Virus record (IMG/VR): IMGVR_UViG_3300027996_000008
Strand: one strand, 5' to 3'
DNA: 30,089 nucleotides
Origin: a virus
Shown one piece after another: positions 9,479-18,596 of this stretch. A program made the translations under genes and the position numbers. Each line of letters opens with the position of its first letter. Positions within the stretch are counted from its first letter, which is position 1. The notes under the pieces are model-generated. The model ran no database searches. It saw only the letters and a program-made list of their open reading frames with translations, and was not told the DNA's origin.

Positions 9479-10696
9479 ATGAAGTATAAAAAAATATCAA
9501 TACCTAAGAGCATTCAAAAACATAACATAGAATTCTATGATAGTGCTCCATTTTTTAGTGAATTTCTGAATAGATTTACATACTATCAACTACCTGAAGA
9601 GGAAGACGCAAGAATGGGCGTGAATGGAAAAGATGGTGCTATCAATTTGTTTGTCAAACTATCTTGGTGGGAGGAGTTAGAACCAATTGAACAGAAAGCA
9701 ATCATCATTCATGAAATAGAACATCTTCTTAGATTTACACATCTAAGAAGTATTGGTTACAGTCATGAGCTATTTAATGTAGCTCATGACATGATAATCA
9801 ACAATGGAATTGAACAATCTATGATTGGAAATGAGAAACTTAGATTGATTAAAAATTGTTGTAGATTGACAGACATAACAGAACCAAAACAAAAAGAAGT
9901 AATGACTGCAATGGATCAAGCTTTTATAGACGATCCATATACTGGAGATGAAGTTGGTGAAAATGTGTATGCATATCTCAAAGAAAAAAATCAAGAATCT
10001 GGTGGTGATGGTTCAGTTGGTGAAACAATTGATGATCATTCAATAATGGAAGAAAGTGATGATACTCTTGAAAACTCTATCAAAGAAGCATCAAATGCTG
10101 GTAGGAATCGAGGATGGGGAAATATATCTGGTAATATGGTTAGCAATATTGAAAAACTCATGAATCCAAGATTGAATTTGAGAAAAGTTATCAAAAGAAT
10201 ATTTGATAATGTTGTTTCTAGATCAAGAAATTGGAAAAGAAGTTGGAGTAGATCAAACAGATATCATTCTAATTTGAAAGGAAAGGTTTATTTTAATTCA
10301 GAAATTAATATAGCAATTGATACCTCAGCATCAGTTACTCAATGGTATAAAATTATTGAAGAATTCTTTGCTGAAATTGATTGCTTGAGTGGATATTCTG
10401 AAATTAAAGTTGCTCAGTTTGATACAGAAGTTAAAGATTATATAAAATATAAAAAAGGCGATTGGAAGAATTTTGAAATTAAAGGACATGGTGGAACTAT
10501 GGTTCAACCTCTATTTGATTTTTTTAATGTAAAAGGTTTGAAAAAACAACCATGTATAATTTTTACTGATGGAGAATTTGATCAAGATTTTAATACTTAT
10601 GGAATGGATATTACATGGGTTGTTATCAATAAAGACAAATTGAAAATGAGTTCTGGAACAACAATCAATTTAGATCCTTTAAAAATTCAGGTATAA
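9479..10696 (+). CDS. DUF2201-like HExxH metallopeptidase plus vWA-domain protein
   Basis: HEIEH, N.A.D..IN, MIDAS-like DTSAS, GGT and FTDG motifs; adjacent to the MoxR ATPase. Confidence 0.85.
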   Translation: MKYKKISIPKSIQKHNIEFYDSAPFFSEFLNRFTYYQLPEEEDARMGVNGKDGAINLFVKLSWWEELEPIEQKAIIIHEIEHLLRFTHLRSIGYSHELFNVAHDMIINNGIEQSMIGNEKLRLIKNCCRLTDITEPKQKEVMTAMDQAFIDDPYTGDEVGENVYAYLKEKNQESGGDGSVGETIDDHSIMEESDDTLENSIKEASNAGRNRGWGNISGNMVSNIEKLMNPRLNLRKVIKRIFDNVVSRSRNWKRSWSRSNRYHSNLKGKVYFNSEINIAIDTSASVTQWYKIIEEFFAEIDCLSGYSEIKVAQFDTEVKDYIKYKKGDWKNFEIKGHGGTMVQPLFDFFNVKGLKKQPCIIFTDGEFDQDFNTYGMDITWVVINKDKLKMSSGTTINLDPLKIQV

Positions 10697-10697
10697 A

Positions 10698-10886
10698 ATG
10701 AAATTAAATAAAATATTTGAACATAACAAAAAATATAAAATACATCTATCAAACAGTTTGTATTGGTCTGGAAGTGAACTATTTGTAAACTCTAGTTATC
10801 TTATATGGTTCCATTTACATGATTGGAATTTTTATTGTAGTGATCATTATTTTTGTAAGGAGATTGATAATGAGGAATACCAATGA
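10698..10886 (+). CDS. MKLNK-family cassette protein 1
   Basis: MKLNKIFE...LSNSL...NEEYQ. Confidence 0.75.
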   Translation: MKLNKIFEHNKKYKIHLSNSLYWSGSELFVNSSYLIWFHLHDWNFYCSDHYFCKEIDNEEYQ

Positions 10887-11068
10887 AATTAAATAAAATA
10901 TTTGAAAAGTCTGATAAAGTTATAAAATTTCTATCAAGTGGATTGTATAGTATTAAGTGTTATGATGATTTAAATATAAATTTTAAAATATTTATTTCGT
11001 TTACTGTATGTATTTTGAATTATGATTTTAGAGCTAATATTTATATAGACTATGAGGAATACAAATAA
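10883..11068 (+). CDS. MKLNK-family cassette protein 2
   Basis: MKLNKIFEKSDK..FLSSGL...DYEEYK. Confidence 0.75.
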   Translation: MKLNKIFEKSDKVIKFLSSGLYSIKCYDDLNINFKIFISFTVCILNYDFRANIYIDYEEYK

Positions 11069-11071
11069 AAC

Positions 11072-11099
11072 TTGACTTTATTTTAAAAGCAAGTATAAT
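11072..11099 (+). promoter_or_regulatory. Sigma70-type promoter
   Basis: TTGACT-16 bp-TATAAT upstream of the ligase. Confidence 0.65.
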
Positions 11100-11127
11100 T
11101 AGATTAGAATGTTAAAGGAGTTGATAA

Positions 11128-13029
11128 ATGGAAAAGATAAAACAACTAAAACAACTAATTAAAAAATGTAATGAAGCTTCAAAAGCTTATTACAATGAGC
11201 AAGAATTAATATCAAATAAAGAATTTGATTTTTTAATGAAAGAATTAAAAGAACTTGAAAAAGAAACTGGTGTGATATATTTAAATAGCCCAACACAAAC
11301 AGTTGGATATAGTGTATTGGATAAATTTGAAAAAAGAGAATTAATATACCCAATGCTTTCTCTAGATGATACTAAATCAACTGATGATATTAAAGAATTT
11401 ATTGGCGATAAAGATAACATTCTATCTGATAAACTAGATGGATGTTCCTGTGAAATTGTATATAAAAATAACATTCAATTTTCAGCAACAACACGCGGAA
11501 ATGGTCTAGTAGGGGAAGATATTAGTAACAATGCAAAGACATTCTTGAATTTACCAAAAAAAATCCCGTTTAAAGAACGATTTGTTCTACGATGTGAATT
11601 GGTTATATCATATAAAAATTTTGAAAATTTTAAGGATGATTTCAAAAACCCTAGAAATATGGTTGCTGGATCAATTCGACAACTAGACTCATCAGTTTGT
11701 GCAGAAAGATGTATTGAAGCAATTGTATTTGATCCAGTTGAAACACCTTTTGAAGAAGATAATAAATTGTTACAGTTTGTTCGATTATCCGATATTGGAT
11801 TTCAATGTGTAAAATGCTATGATTTAGAAGATTTACATGAAACATTGAATAATGTTGATGACAAATATCCAACTGATGGAAAAGTTGTTACATATAAGTC
11901 AATTTCTTATTCTAATTCTCTTGGTTCAACATCACACCACCCTAAACACAGTATTGCTTTCAAGTGGGCAGATGAAACACACACAACAACATTTATAGAT
12001 ATTGATTGGAGTGTCTCAAGAACCGGCAGAATAACACCAGTTGCAGTTTTTGAACCAACAGAAATTGAAGGATCAACTGTTTCACGAGCATCTTGTCATA
12101 ATGTTTCTGAACTAAAGAAATTAAATATGAAAGAAGGCGATCAAATCGAAATCTACAAAGCAAATAAAATAATTCCTCAAATAGACACTAATAACACTAA
12201 ACATGATGTAAATGTAACACTAATTCCAGAATATTGTCCAGTATGTGGTCATAAAACAGTGTTTAAAACAGAAAATGATGTTGAAACACTTCACTGTATT
12301 GAGCCTAATTGTAAAGCTAAAATAGTTGGTAAAATTAGTCATTTCTGTAATGTAATGGAAATGAAAGGAATTTCTGATAAAATCATTGAAAAAATAGTTG
12401 AAAATACATTTGTTGAAAATATAGATGAAATATTTGATCTAGATGGTAATGATTTAATTAACATAGATGGATTTAAAGAGAAAACTTGCAACAACATAAT
12501 ATCTACTATTAAGAATAATAAAACATGTTCTCTTGCTCAATTCCTTCGCTCTCTGGGCATAAAACACGTTGGAAAATCAGTTTCAGAATTGATAGCAAAA
12601 GAATACTATGATTATTATAGAACATTAAAAAACTTGAATTGGTTTGATATATCAGATATTTTGATAAAATTAATATCAGATAATAATATTGAGGGAATTG
12701 GTGATAAAATGTTTCAGGATATATCGAGGGAACTAACAGAAAGAGAGGATGAAATATATCGATTATTACATTATGTTGAAATTGAAGAACCAAAAGAAAC
12801 AACAGAATCAAATATATCAGGAAAATCTTTCTGTTGTACCGGTACACTTTCAAGAAAAAGAAAAGAAATAGAACAAGAAATAACAGATCTTGGTGGAGTT
12901 ATTAAATCTGTTTCTAAAAATCTTGATTTTCTTGTAATTGGTAATAATGCAGGAAGCAAAAAATCAAAAGCTGAAAAACTAGGAATTAAGATTATCACAG
13001 AAGATGAACTAATGGAGATGTTAAAATGA
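11128..13029 (+). CDS. ligA: NAD-dependent DNA ligase
   Basis: YY...D (domain Ia), PMLSL, KLDG adenylation motif, TRGNG..GED, NPRN, SRTGR.TPVA, CPVC zinc finger, HhH and C-terminal BRCT (GSKKSKAEKLGI). Confidence 0.95.
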   Translation: MEKIKQLKQLIKKCNEASKAYYNEQELISNKEFDFLMKELKELEKETGVIYLNSPTQTVGYSVLDKFEKRELIYPMLSLDDTKSTDDIKEFIGDKDNILSDKLDGCSCEIVYKNNIQFSATTRGNGLVGEDISNNAKTFLNLPKKIPFKERFVLRCELVISYKNFENFKDDFKNPRNMVAGSIRQLDSSVCAERCIEAIVFDPVETPFEEDNKLLQFVRLSDIGFQCVKCYDLEDLHETLNNVDDKYPTDGKVVTYKSISYSNSLGSTSHHPKHSIAFKWADETHTTTFIDIDWSVSRTGRITPVAVFEPTEIEGSTVSRASCHNVSELKKLNMKEGDQIEIYKANKIIPQIDTNNTKHDVNVTLIPEYCPVCGHKTVFKTENDVETLHCIEPNCKAKIVGKISHFCNVMEMKGISDKIIEKIVENTFVENIDEIFDLDGNDLINIDGFKEKTCNNIISTIKNNKTCSLAQFLRSLGIKHVGKSVSELIAKEYYDYYRTLKNLNWFDISDILIKLISDNNIEGIGDKMFQDISRELTEREDEIYRLLHYVEIEEPKETTESNISGKSFCCTGTLSRKRKEIEQEITDLGGVIKSVSKNLDFLVIGNNAGSKKSKAEKLGIKIITEDELMEMLK

Positions 13030-13460
13030 ATGGACACGCTTATTATTTTAAATTTCATTGGGATCGATATTATGATATGTTTAAACATTATTTTGCTCAT
13101 AGTTTCATTGAATCAATTGAAACAGCTGCTTTAAACATTTCTTTTGATGAAAAATATAAAGGCAAAAACAAAGGAACTTATTTAAATGAATTATATAGAG
13201 ATTTAGAATATGCAAAAAAATTGAAAGAAGAATCTAAAAAAATAAAATCAACATCTTTAAATAGACTTTATGAAAAAGAAAAACGATACAGTTTTGATTT
13301 AAAAATTAATATTGAAAAAAAATTTATTGTTAGTCTTATTGAAAAAACTATGTTCATTGAAAAAGTTGAAAAATATAAATTAGATCGTCAAAAAATGAAG
13401 CCTGAAAAGAAAAAGAACAGCTATGAAAGAAAGAACAAATATAATAAGAGAAGAAAATGA
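13026..13460 (+). CDS. Hypothetical basic protein
   Basis: ATGA overlap with ligA; GGAG RBS. Confidence 0.65.
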   Translation: MNGHAYYFKFHWDRYYDMFKHYFAHSFIESIETAALNISFDEKYKGKNKGTYLNELYRDLEYAKKLKEESKKIKSTSLNRLYEKEKRYSFDLKINIEKKFIVSLIEKTMFIEKVEKYKLDRQKMKPEKKKNSYERKNKYNKRRK

Positions 13461-13666
13461 AACTGAATAAAAGATTTGAAAAGTCAGAAAAAGATAAAAA
13501 ATATCTATCAAATGGATTACTTGTTGATTGTGAAAATTATATATATCTAAATACTGATTATTATTATATTATTTTGTTTTATTTTGATTATTTTAGATTT
13601 TATTATTGTGATAATTACAATAACTTAGAATTTTCAATTACTTCAAATTACGAGAAATATCAATGA
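13457..13666 (+). CDS. MKLNK-family cassette protein 3
   Basis: MKLNKRFE...YLSNGL...NYEKYQ. Confidence 0.75.
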   Translation: MKLNKRFEKSEKDKKYLSNGLLVDCENYIYLNTDYYYIILFYFDYFRFYYCDNYNNLEFSITSNYEKYQ

Positions 13667-13890
13667 AATTAAATAAAAGATTTGAAAAAGAAAAAGATAA
13701 ATTTGATGATATTAATAGATATCTATCAAGTGGTGTTTGTCTTAATTGGCAAAATGATATATATCTAGATACTGATTATGATTATGCTATTTGGTTTTGG
13801 TCAAATTATTTTAAATTTGATTTTAGTAATATGTTTGAAATTGAAACTGAAGATTATACACAATACAGGGAAGAAAATGAAATTAAATAA
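13663..13890 (+). CDS. MKLNK-family cassette protein 4
   Basis: MKLNKRFE...YLSSGV...EDYTQY. Confidence 0.75.
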   Translation: MKLNKRFEKEKDKFDDINRYLSSGVCLNWQNDIYLDTDYDYAIWFWSNYFKFDFSNMFEIETEDYTQYREENEIK

Positions 13891-14098
13891 AATGATTGAA
13901 AAGTCAAATGAATGTAAAAAATTTATATCAAATGGTTTGTGTGTTAGTGGAAATTTTTTTAATTCAACTAATATACATTCACGTTATAATTGGTTTAGAC
14001 ATGAATTATTAATGTGGTTAGATGTAGTTGTTTTGTATTGTAAAGGTGAAAGTTTTAAAGGTTATAAAAGCTATTATTTAAACCCAGAAGAATATTAA
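13877..14098 (+). CDS. MKLNK-family cassette protein 5
   Basis: Internal in-frame start within ORF 13778..14098: MKLNKMIE...ISNGL...PEEY. Confidence 0.75.
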   Translation: MKLNKMIEKSNECKKFISNGLCVSGNFFNSTNIHSRYNWFRHELLMWLDVVVLYCKGESFKGYKSYYLNPEEY

Positions 14099-14111
14099 AA
14101 AGGAGAAAAAT

Positions 14112-14327
14112 ATGAGTTTTAAAAAAGAGCAAGAAAAAGAAGTATTATCAAGAAGTTTTAAATGTAATGATATTATACATGGTGATAATTATATAATAGT
14201 AACCGATTGGACTAATGGCGAAGGATATGATATAGAAATTGAACCAGGAAAGGGATATACACAAAAACTATCTCTAACAAGAGAACAAATCAAAGATTTA
14301 ATTGGTATAATGGCAGATATATTATAA
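14112..14327 (+). CDS. Small hypothetical phage protein
   Basis: AAGGAG RBS; YI.VTDWTNGEGYDI motif. Confidence 0.7.
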   Translation: MSFKKEQEKEVLSRSFKCNDIIHGDNYIIVTDWTNGEGYDIEIEPGKGYTQKLSLTREQIKDLIGIMADIL

Positions 14328-14375
14328 TTTTATACATATTAGTGTTAATATTAACTTACAAAAAGGAGATTTAAA

Positions 14376-14717
14376 ATGAAAGTAAAAATGTTAAACGATC
14401 AAATTTTGATCAAAAAAATTATTGAAGATTATTCAATGTCTAAAGGAGGGATTGTGTTAAGTAAAAATCCAGAAGCACCAAGAACATGCAAAGCAGAAGT
14501 TTTTGCAGTTGGTCCTGGTAAAAAATCTTTAAATGGTGATCTTATGAAAACGATTGTTGAAGAAGGCGATATTGTTCGGATCAATTCAAAAATTGGAACA
14601 GAAATCATCGATGAAGATGGTGTTAAACTTTATGTTATCACAGAACCACAAATTTTCTTTGTTTATGATGATGATAAAGAATGTAAATGTGATAATTGCA
14701 AAGGAGATTGCAAATGA
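14376..14717 (+). CDS. groES: Co-chaperonin GroES (Cpn10) homologue
   Basis: LND.ILIK...SKGGIVL...A.V.AVGPG...VEEGD.V...GTEI pattern. Confidence 0.9.
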   Translation: MKVKMLNDQILIKKIIEDYSMSKGGIVLSKNPEAPRTCKAEVFAVGPGKKSLNGDLMKTIVEEGDIVRINSKIGTEIIDEDGVKLYVITEPQIFFVYDDDKECKCDNCKGDCK

Positions 14718-15283
14718 TGTTTCCTGAAAAGAAAGATCTTAAATTTATCAACCTCAAAAATCAATCAATTGTTTTCAATAATATTATATCATTTGAATTT
14801 AATCGTGAAAATAATACAATTGAAATTATAACATATGATAAGTATTGTTACACACAACATGAAATTCCTATTCCTATCAAACACATATCTAATCAACTAG
14901 CTCAAATATTCTTAAATGATATTTTTGAAAACACATATACTGATTTTATTGAAACAAGCATTTATGAATTATTCTGCAGAAAATATCTAATCTATCTAAC
15001 TATTGAACTTTGTCAAACGTACGGAAATGCTCATAGATCAAACACATTCACATATATTGACAATTGTTTAGATAGTCTAAAAACTGATTGTTCTAATATT
15101 TTTAGTTCAATTGATTTTTATAAAAAAGATAGTGAATGGTTTTTTTATGGGAAATATGTAGAAGAAAATCAAATAAAATTTTATGAAAATGAATACAACA
15201 ACAAAGAAGATTTTGAAAAGTTGTTTTATGATTGGAAAATTCTATTTGATGAGTGTTTGAATTTTGATGTTATATATGAATAA
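14714..15283 (+). CDS. Hypothetical protein
   Basis: AAGGAG RBS and ATGA overlap with the groES stop. Confidence 0.65.
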   Translation: MMFPEKKDLKFINLKNQSIVFNNIISFEFNRENNTIEIITYDKYCYTQHEIPIPIKHISNQLAQIFLNDIFENTYTDFIETSIYELFCRKYLIYLTIELCQTYGNAHRSNTFTYIDNCLDSLKTDCSNIFSSIDFYKKDSEWFFYGKYVEENQIKFYENEYNNKEDFEKLFYDWKILFDECLNFDVIYE

Positions 15284-15350
15284 AAAGTTTTTACCTATGC
15301 ATAGACATTAGAAAACTGTTTTTGTTTCACTATCAAAGAATATGAAACTC

Positions 15351-15602
15351 TCAGAACACATTTGGAAATGGATTCTCAACATACTTTTCACAAGATTCTT
15401 CAGTATAATAATTTTCAACAATTTTGCTAGCTTTTTCTTGTAACAAATCATAATCCAAAAATGCACCATTCACATTTTTAAAATCCATTTGATAAACCTT
15501 TTGATTTTCATCATATTCAAATAATAATTCAACCAGTGCATGACCAACATAGGTTATAACTTTCCATTCATGTTCAATCAATTGTTCTGTGCATTCATTC
15601 AT
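15351..15602 (-). CDS. Acidic hypothetical protein
   Basis: GGAG RBS before the ATG at 15602; AATAAATA late-like box on the minus strand at 15630-15637. Confidence 0.6.
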   Translation of the reverse strand: MNECTEQLIEHEWKVITYVGHALVELLFEYDENQKVYQMDFKNVNGAFLDYDLLQEKASKIVENYYTEESCEKYVENPFPNVF

Positions 15603-15648
15603 TTCAATCTCCATCAGATAGTTCTATTTTATTTATTTTACAAATTTC

Positions 15649-15677
15649 TTGACTTTTATGTAAAAATGTACTATAAT
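15649..15677 (+). promoter_or_regulatory. Sigma70-type promoter heading the largest MKLNK cluster
   Basis: TTGACT-17 bp-TATAAT. Confidence 0.8.
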
Positions 15678-15717
15678 TGTTTTGTTGATTGTTAATTTAA
15701 ATAATTTGGAGTTATTA

Positions 15718-15924
15718 ATGAAACTGAATAGAATATTTGAAAAAAACACAGCTGAACATCAAGCTGGTGCAAAAATTCTATCAAATGAATTATTAATTTA
15801 TTCTGGTGATATATATTTGCATAATTTTGATAAATATGTTATTTACTTTGGACCAGTACATTTTAGGATTAATTTTCTTTCTTTTGATACTTTCATTGAT
15901 TTACATTTTGAGGACTACAGATGA
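15718..15924 (+). CDS. MKLNK-family cassette protein 6
   Basis: GGAG RBS; MKLNRIFE...LSNEL...FEDYR. Confidence 0.75.
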   Translation: MKLNRIFEKNTAEHQAGAKILSNELLIYSGDIYLHNFDKYVIYFGPVHFRINFLSFDTFIDLHFEDYR

Positions 15925-16139
15925 AACTGAATAAAATTATTGAAAAATCGAACGTTATTGAATGTGAATATTGCAATTTATTGTATTGTAATATTATTAA
16001 TGAAAAAATAATATCATTATTTTTGTTGTCTGATGAATTTATTCATATTGAATCACATCAATTAACATTTTGTTATAATGTAAATGAATTTGGTAATTCT
16101 GATAATTTCATTGATTTTGAATATGAGGACTACAGATGA
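15921..16139 (+). CDS. MKLNK-family cassette protein 7
   Basis: MKLNKIIE...EYEDYR. Confidence 0.75.
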   Translation: MKLNKIIEKSNVIECEYCNLLYCNIINEKIISLFLLSDEFIHIESHQLTFCYNVNEFGNSDNFIDFEYEDYR

Positions 16140-16348
16140 AGTTAAATAAAATTATTGAAAAGAAAGAAATTGATTATTATAATATTAAAATTTATATAGT
16201 AGATAAAAATGAAAAAACATTATTAAAAAAGCATGGAATAGAGTTTTTTGCAATTGGATATACATATCATATAATGTTTTATTATGATACAGATTATGAA
16301 GGTTATTGTCAAAAAGTTAAAAAAATTGAATATGAGGATTACAGATGA
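16136..16348 (+). CDS. MKLNK-family cassette protein 8
   Basis: MKLNKIIE...EYEDYR. Confidence 0.75.
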   Translation: MKLNKIIEKKEIDYYNIKIYIVDKNEKTLLKKHGIEFFAIGYTYHIMFYYDTDYEGYCQKVKKIEYEDYR

Positions 16349-16791
16349 AGGTTATTAAAATAATTACAATTGCAATATTATTAATTTCAGGAAATTGTTA
16401 TGCAGATAGAACACAAGATATTATTAACAAAATAGAAACATTTTTTAATAACACAGAATATAAAAATGTTACTAAAATAATAATAGCTCAGTCTATTCTA
16501 GAAACTGGTTGGTATAAATCGCCTAGACACAATGAATATAACAATTATTGGAGTGTTAAGGATATTAGAAAATGGAAAACATGTCATAAAAAACCAATCA
16601 CGTGTATGATTGATAATAAAAATCTTGACGAAAATATAAAAATGATGTATAATTATATCAAGAGAAAAAAATATAGCATTGAATATGATGGATATTTTGT
16701 TGATCTTATTAAAAAGAAGTTTGCTGAAGATCCTAAATATGTTTGGAAATTGAAAAGAATTATAAAAACAATGAATAGGTTGTACAGATGA
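16345..16791 (+). CDS. Secreted GH73/FlgJ-like peptidoglycan glucosaminidase
   Basis: Signal peptide; IIAQSILETGW.KS, NNYWSVK and FAEDPKY (YATDP-like) motifs. Confidence 0.75.
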   Translation: MKVIKIITIAILLISGNCYADRTQDIINKIETFFNNTEYKNVTKIIIAQSILETGWYKSPRHNEYNNYWSVKDIRKWKTCHKKPITCMIDNKNLDENIKMMYNYIKRKKYSIEYDGYFVDLIKKKFAEDPKYVWKLKRIIKTMNRLYR

Positions 16792-16994
16792 AGTTAAATA
16801 AAAGATTTGAATTGAACAAACAATATCTATCAAGTGGAATATGGGTTAATGAATTTAGCAAATATAGAATATTTTTTTTAAATTCAATTGATCAATATTC
16901 ACATTATATTAGATTTAAAAACAATGGGTTTATCTATGTAATTAATTCTTATATTTATGAAAATAGAATTAATATAGAATATGAGGAATATTAA
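16788..16994 (+). CDS. MKLNK-family cassette protein 9
   Basis: MKLNKRFELNKQYLSSG...EYEEY. Confidence 0.75.
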   Translation: MKLNKRFELNKQYLSSGIWVNEFSKYRIFFLNSIDQYSHYIRFKNNGFIYVINSYIYENRINIEYEEY

Positions 16995-17197
16995 TGAAGT
17001 TAAATAAAATATTTGAAAAGTCTGATAAAGTTATGAAATTTCTATCAAGTGGATTATACATTAGTTCTTATAATGTAATATTTAATGTAATATTTTTAAA
17101 TAAGAATTTTTATCTTTCTCATTTATTTTTTGTTGATGGGTTTAAATTATCACATTATATTTTAAATTGGCATTTCTTTGAAGATGAATACAAATAA
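16994..17197 (+). CDS. MKLNK-family cassette protein 10
   Basis: MKLNKIFEKSDK..FLSSGL...EDEYK. Confidence 0.75.
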   Translation: MKLNKIFEKSDKVMKFLSSGLYISSYNVIFNVIFLNKNFYLSHLFFVDGFKLSHYILNWHFFEDEYK

Positions 17198-17209
17198 AAG
17201 GAGAACACA

Positions 17210-17782
17210 ATGAAAAAATTAATTTATGTAATCTTTTGGTTAAGAATGATTTTGTGGTTCAAACCACATAGAAAATTTGAATTGTGGTTGAATAGAAAAA
17301 CAGATTTTTCAAAATTGATTGAAAAAATGCAAAAATCAAAAATACGGAACAGTTCACCAGTCACAAACTGGAACAATTTGATGGTTGAATTTCCAAAAAT
17401 GAAATGGAAACAAGATGGATTTTGGAAAGGATTTGATACAATATCTGATTATAGAGTTGTGTTGAAAAGTGATGGTGATGATTGTGATGGATATATTTCT
17501 GTTGCGTTAGAATATTTTGGTAATAAAATATATTACAATAATTCAGTATATGTAAACAATGGATACACGACATGTTTGTATAGAACATTGTTCAATGGGC
17601 ATGTGATAGGAATTTGGGAAAGCATGAGAGATGATTCTGTGTTTGTTGTGTCTAATAGAAGAAGTAGATTATTCAACAACAAAGATGAAATGTGGGAATG
17701 GTTTGAAAAAGGATTTGAGCAACCATCATATATAGTTAAACAAACAAAAGATTTAGATGTTTTAGGAGTTATGGATTTATGA
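17210..17782 (+). CDS. Putative transglutaminase-like/papain-fold protein
   Basis: GDDCDGY motif with a downstream GHV; AAGGAG RBS. Confidence 0.45.
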   Translation: MKKLIYVIFWLRMILWFKPHRKFELWLNRKTDFSKLIEKMQKSKIRNSSPVTNWNNLMVEFPKMKWKQDGFWKGFDTISDYRVVLKSDGDDCDGYISVALEYFGNKIYYNNSVYVNNGYTTCLYRTLFNGHVIGIWESMRDDSVFVVSNRRSRLFNNKDEMWEWFEKGFEQPSYIVKQTKDLDVLGVMDL

Positions 17783-18000
17783 TGAAACTGAACAAACGAT
17801 TTGAATATGGAAAAAATAATGGTTATGTAAAAGAAACATATCTGTTAAATGGTTGTTGGGTCAATTCAAATGGATTATCTTTTTGTTTAAATTATAATAC
17901 TATATTTAGTGATTATATTTATTTTCCATTTGGTGAAAATGGATGTTACTTTATATTATTTAAAAGTGATATACAAATTAACTATGAGGACTATCAATGA
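17782..18000 (+). CDS. MKLNK-family cassette protein 11
   Basis: MKLNKRFE...YLLNG...NYEDYQ (alternative start at 17779). Confidence 0.75.
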   Translation: MKLNKRFEYGKNNGYVKETYLLNGCWVNSNGLSFCLNYNTIFSDYIYFPFGENGCYFILFKSDIQINYEDYQ

Positions 18001-18209
18001 AGTTAAATAAAATATTTGAATTGAACAAACAATATCTATCAAGTGGATTGTGTGTTAAAATTAGTAATTATAATGATTGGAATATATGTATACATTTAGT
18101 TAAAAAAGAATTTTTGAATTATATATTATTTTTTGAAGATTATATTAATTATATAGAAGATTATTATAGTAGTAATTGGTTTAGATATGATTATGAGGAA
18201 TATCAATGA
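17997..18209 (+). CDS. MKLNK-family cassette protein 12
   Basis: MKLNKIFELNKQYLSSGL...DYEEYQ. Confidence 0.75.
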   Translation: MKLNKIFELNKQYLSSGLCVKISNYNDWNICIHLVKKEFLNYILFFEDYINYIEDYYSSNWFRYDYEEYQ

Positions 18210-18394
18210 AATTGAACAAACGATTTGAACACAAAGATTGGAAACTAGCTGGTGATGAATTACAATTTGAAGAATACGATAACAGTTATTATTATAATAT
18301 AATTTATGACAAAACAGAAAAGAAATCATTTTACATATGTTTTTTCAATGAATGTTATATTAAATATTTTGGTGAAATGTATGAAGTTAAATAA
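18206..18394 (+). CDS. MKLNK-family cassette protein 13 (divergent body)
   Basis: MKLNKRFE start, but no LSxG motif and no canonical tail. Confidence 0.7.
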   Translation: MKLNKRFEHKDWKLAGDELQFEEYDNSYYYNIIYDKTEKKSFYICFFNECYIKYFGEMYEVK

Positions 18395-18596
18395 AATATT
18401 TGAAAAGTCTGATAAAGATATGAAATATCTATCAAGTGGATTGTTTGTTGATAATAGTTATATATATACAAGAATAAAATCATTTTCTAAAATGTTTATA
18501 AATTTTTATAATCTGGATTGTATGTTGATAATTGATTTTAGTTTTTATAAACATACTAATAATATTAATAATATAGAATATGAGGAATACAGATGA
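18381..18596 (+). CDS. MKLNK-family cassette protein 14
   Basis: Internal start within ORF 18306..18596: MKLNKIFEKSDK..YLSSGL...EYEEYR. Confidence 0.75.
   Translation: MKLNKIFEKSDKDMKYLSSGLFVDNSYIYTRIKSFSKMFINFYNLDCMLIIDFSFYKHTNNINNIEYEEYR

Noticed and set aside
11159-13100. Antisense ORFs over ligA, and similar ones over other long genes (e.g. 8412..8621, 16498..16833, 24404..25948)
   Set aside because: They overlap well-supported genes on the opposite strand and lack RBSs or recognisable motifs.
13778-13876. N-terminal extensions in the ORF track (13778, 15682, 18306, 5450, 6733, 20818)
   Set aside because: Downstream ATGs have an SD or the family MKLNK start; several upstream TTG starts come from the TTGTTAATT leader region.
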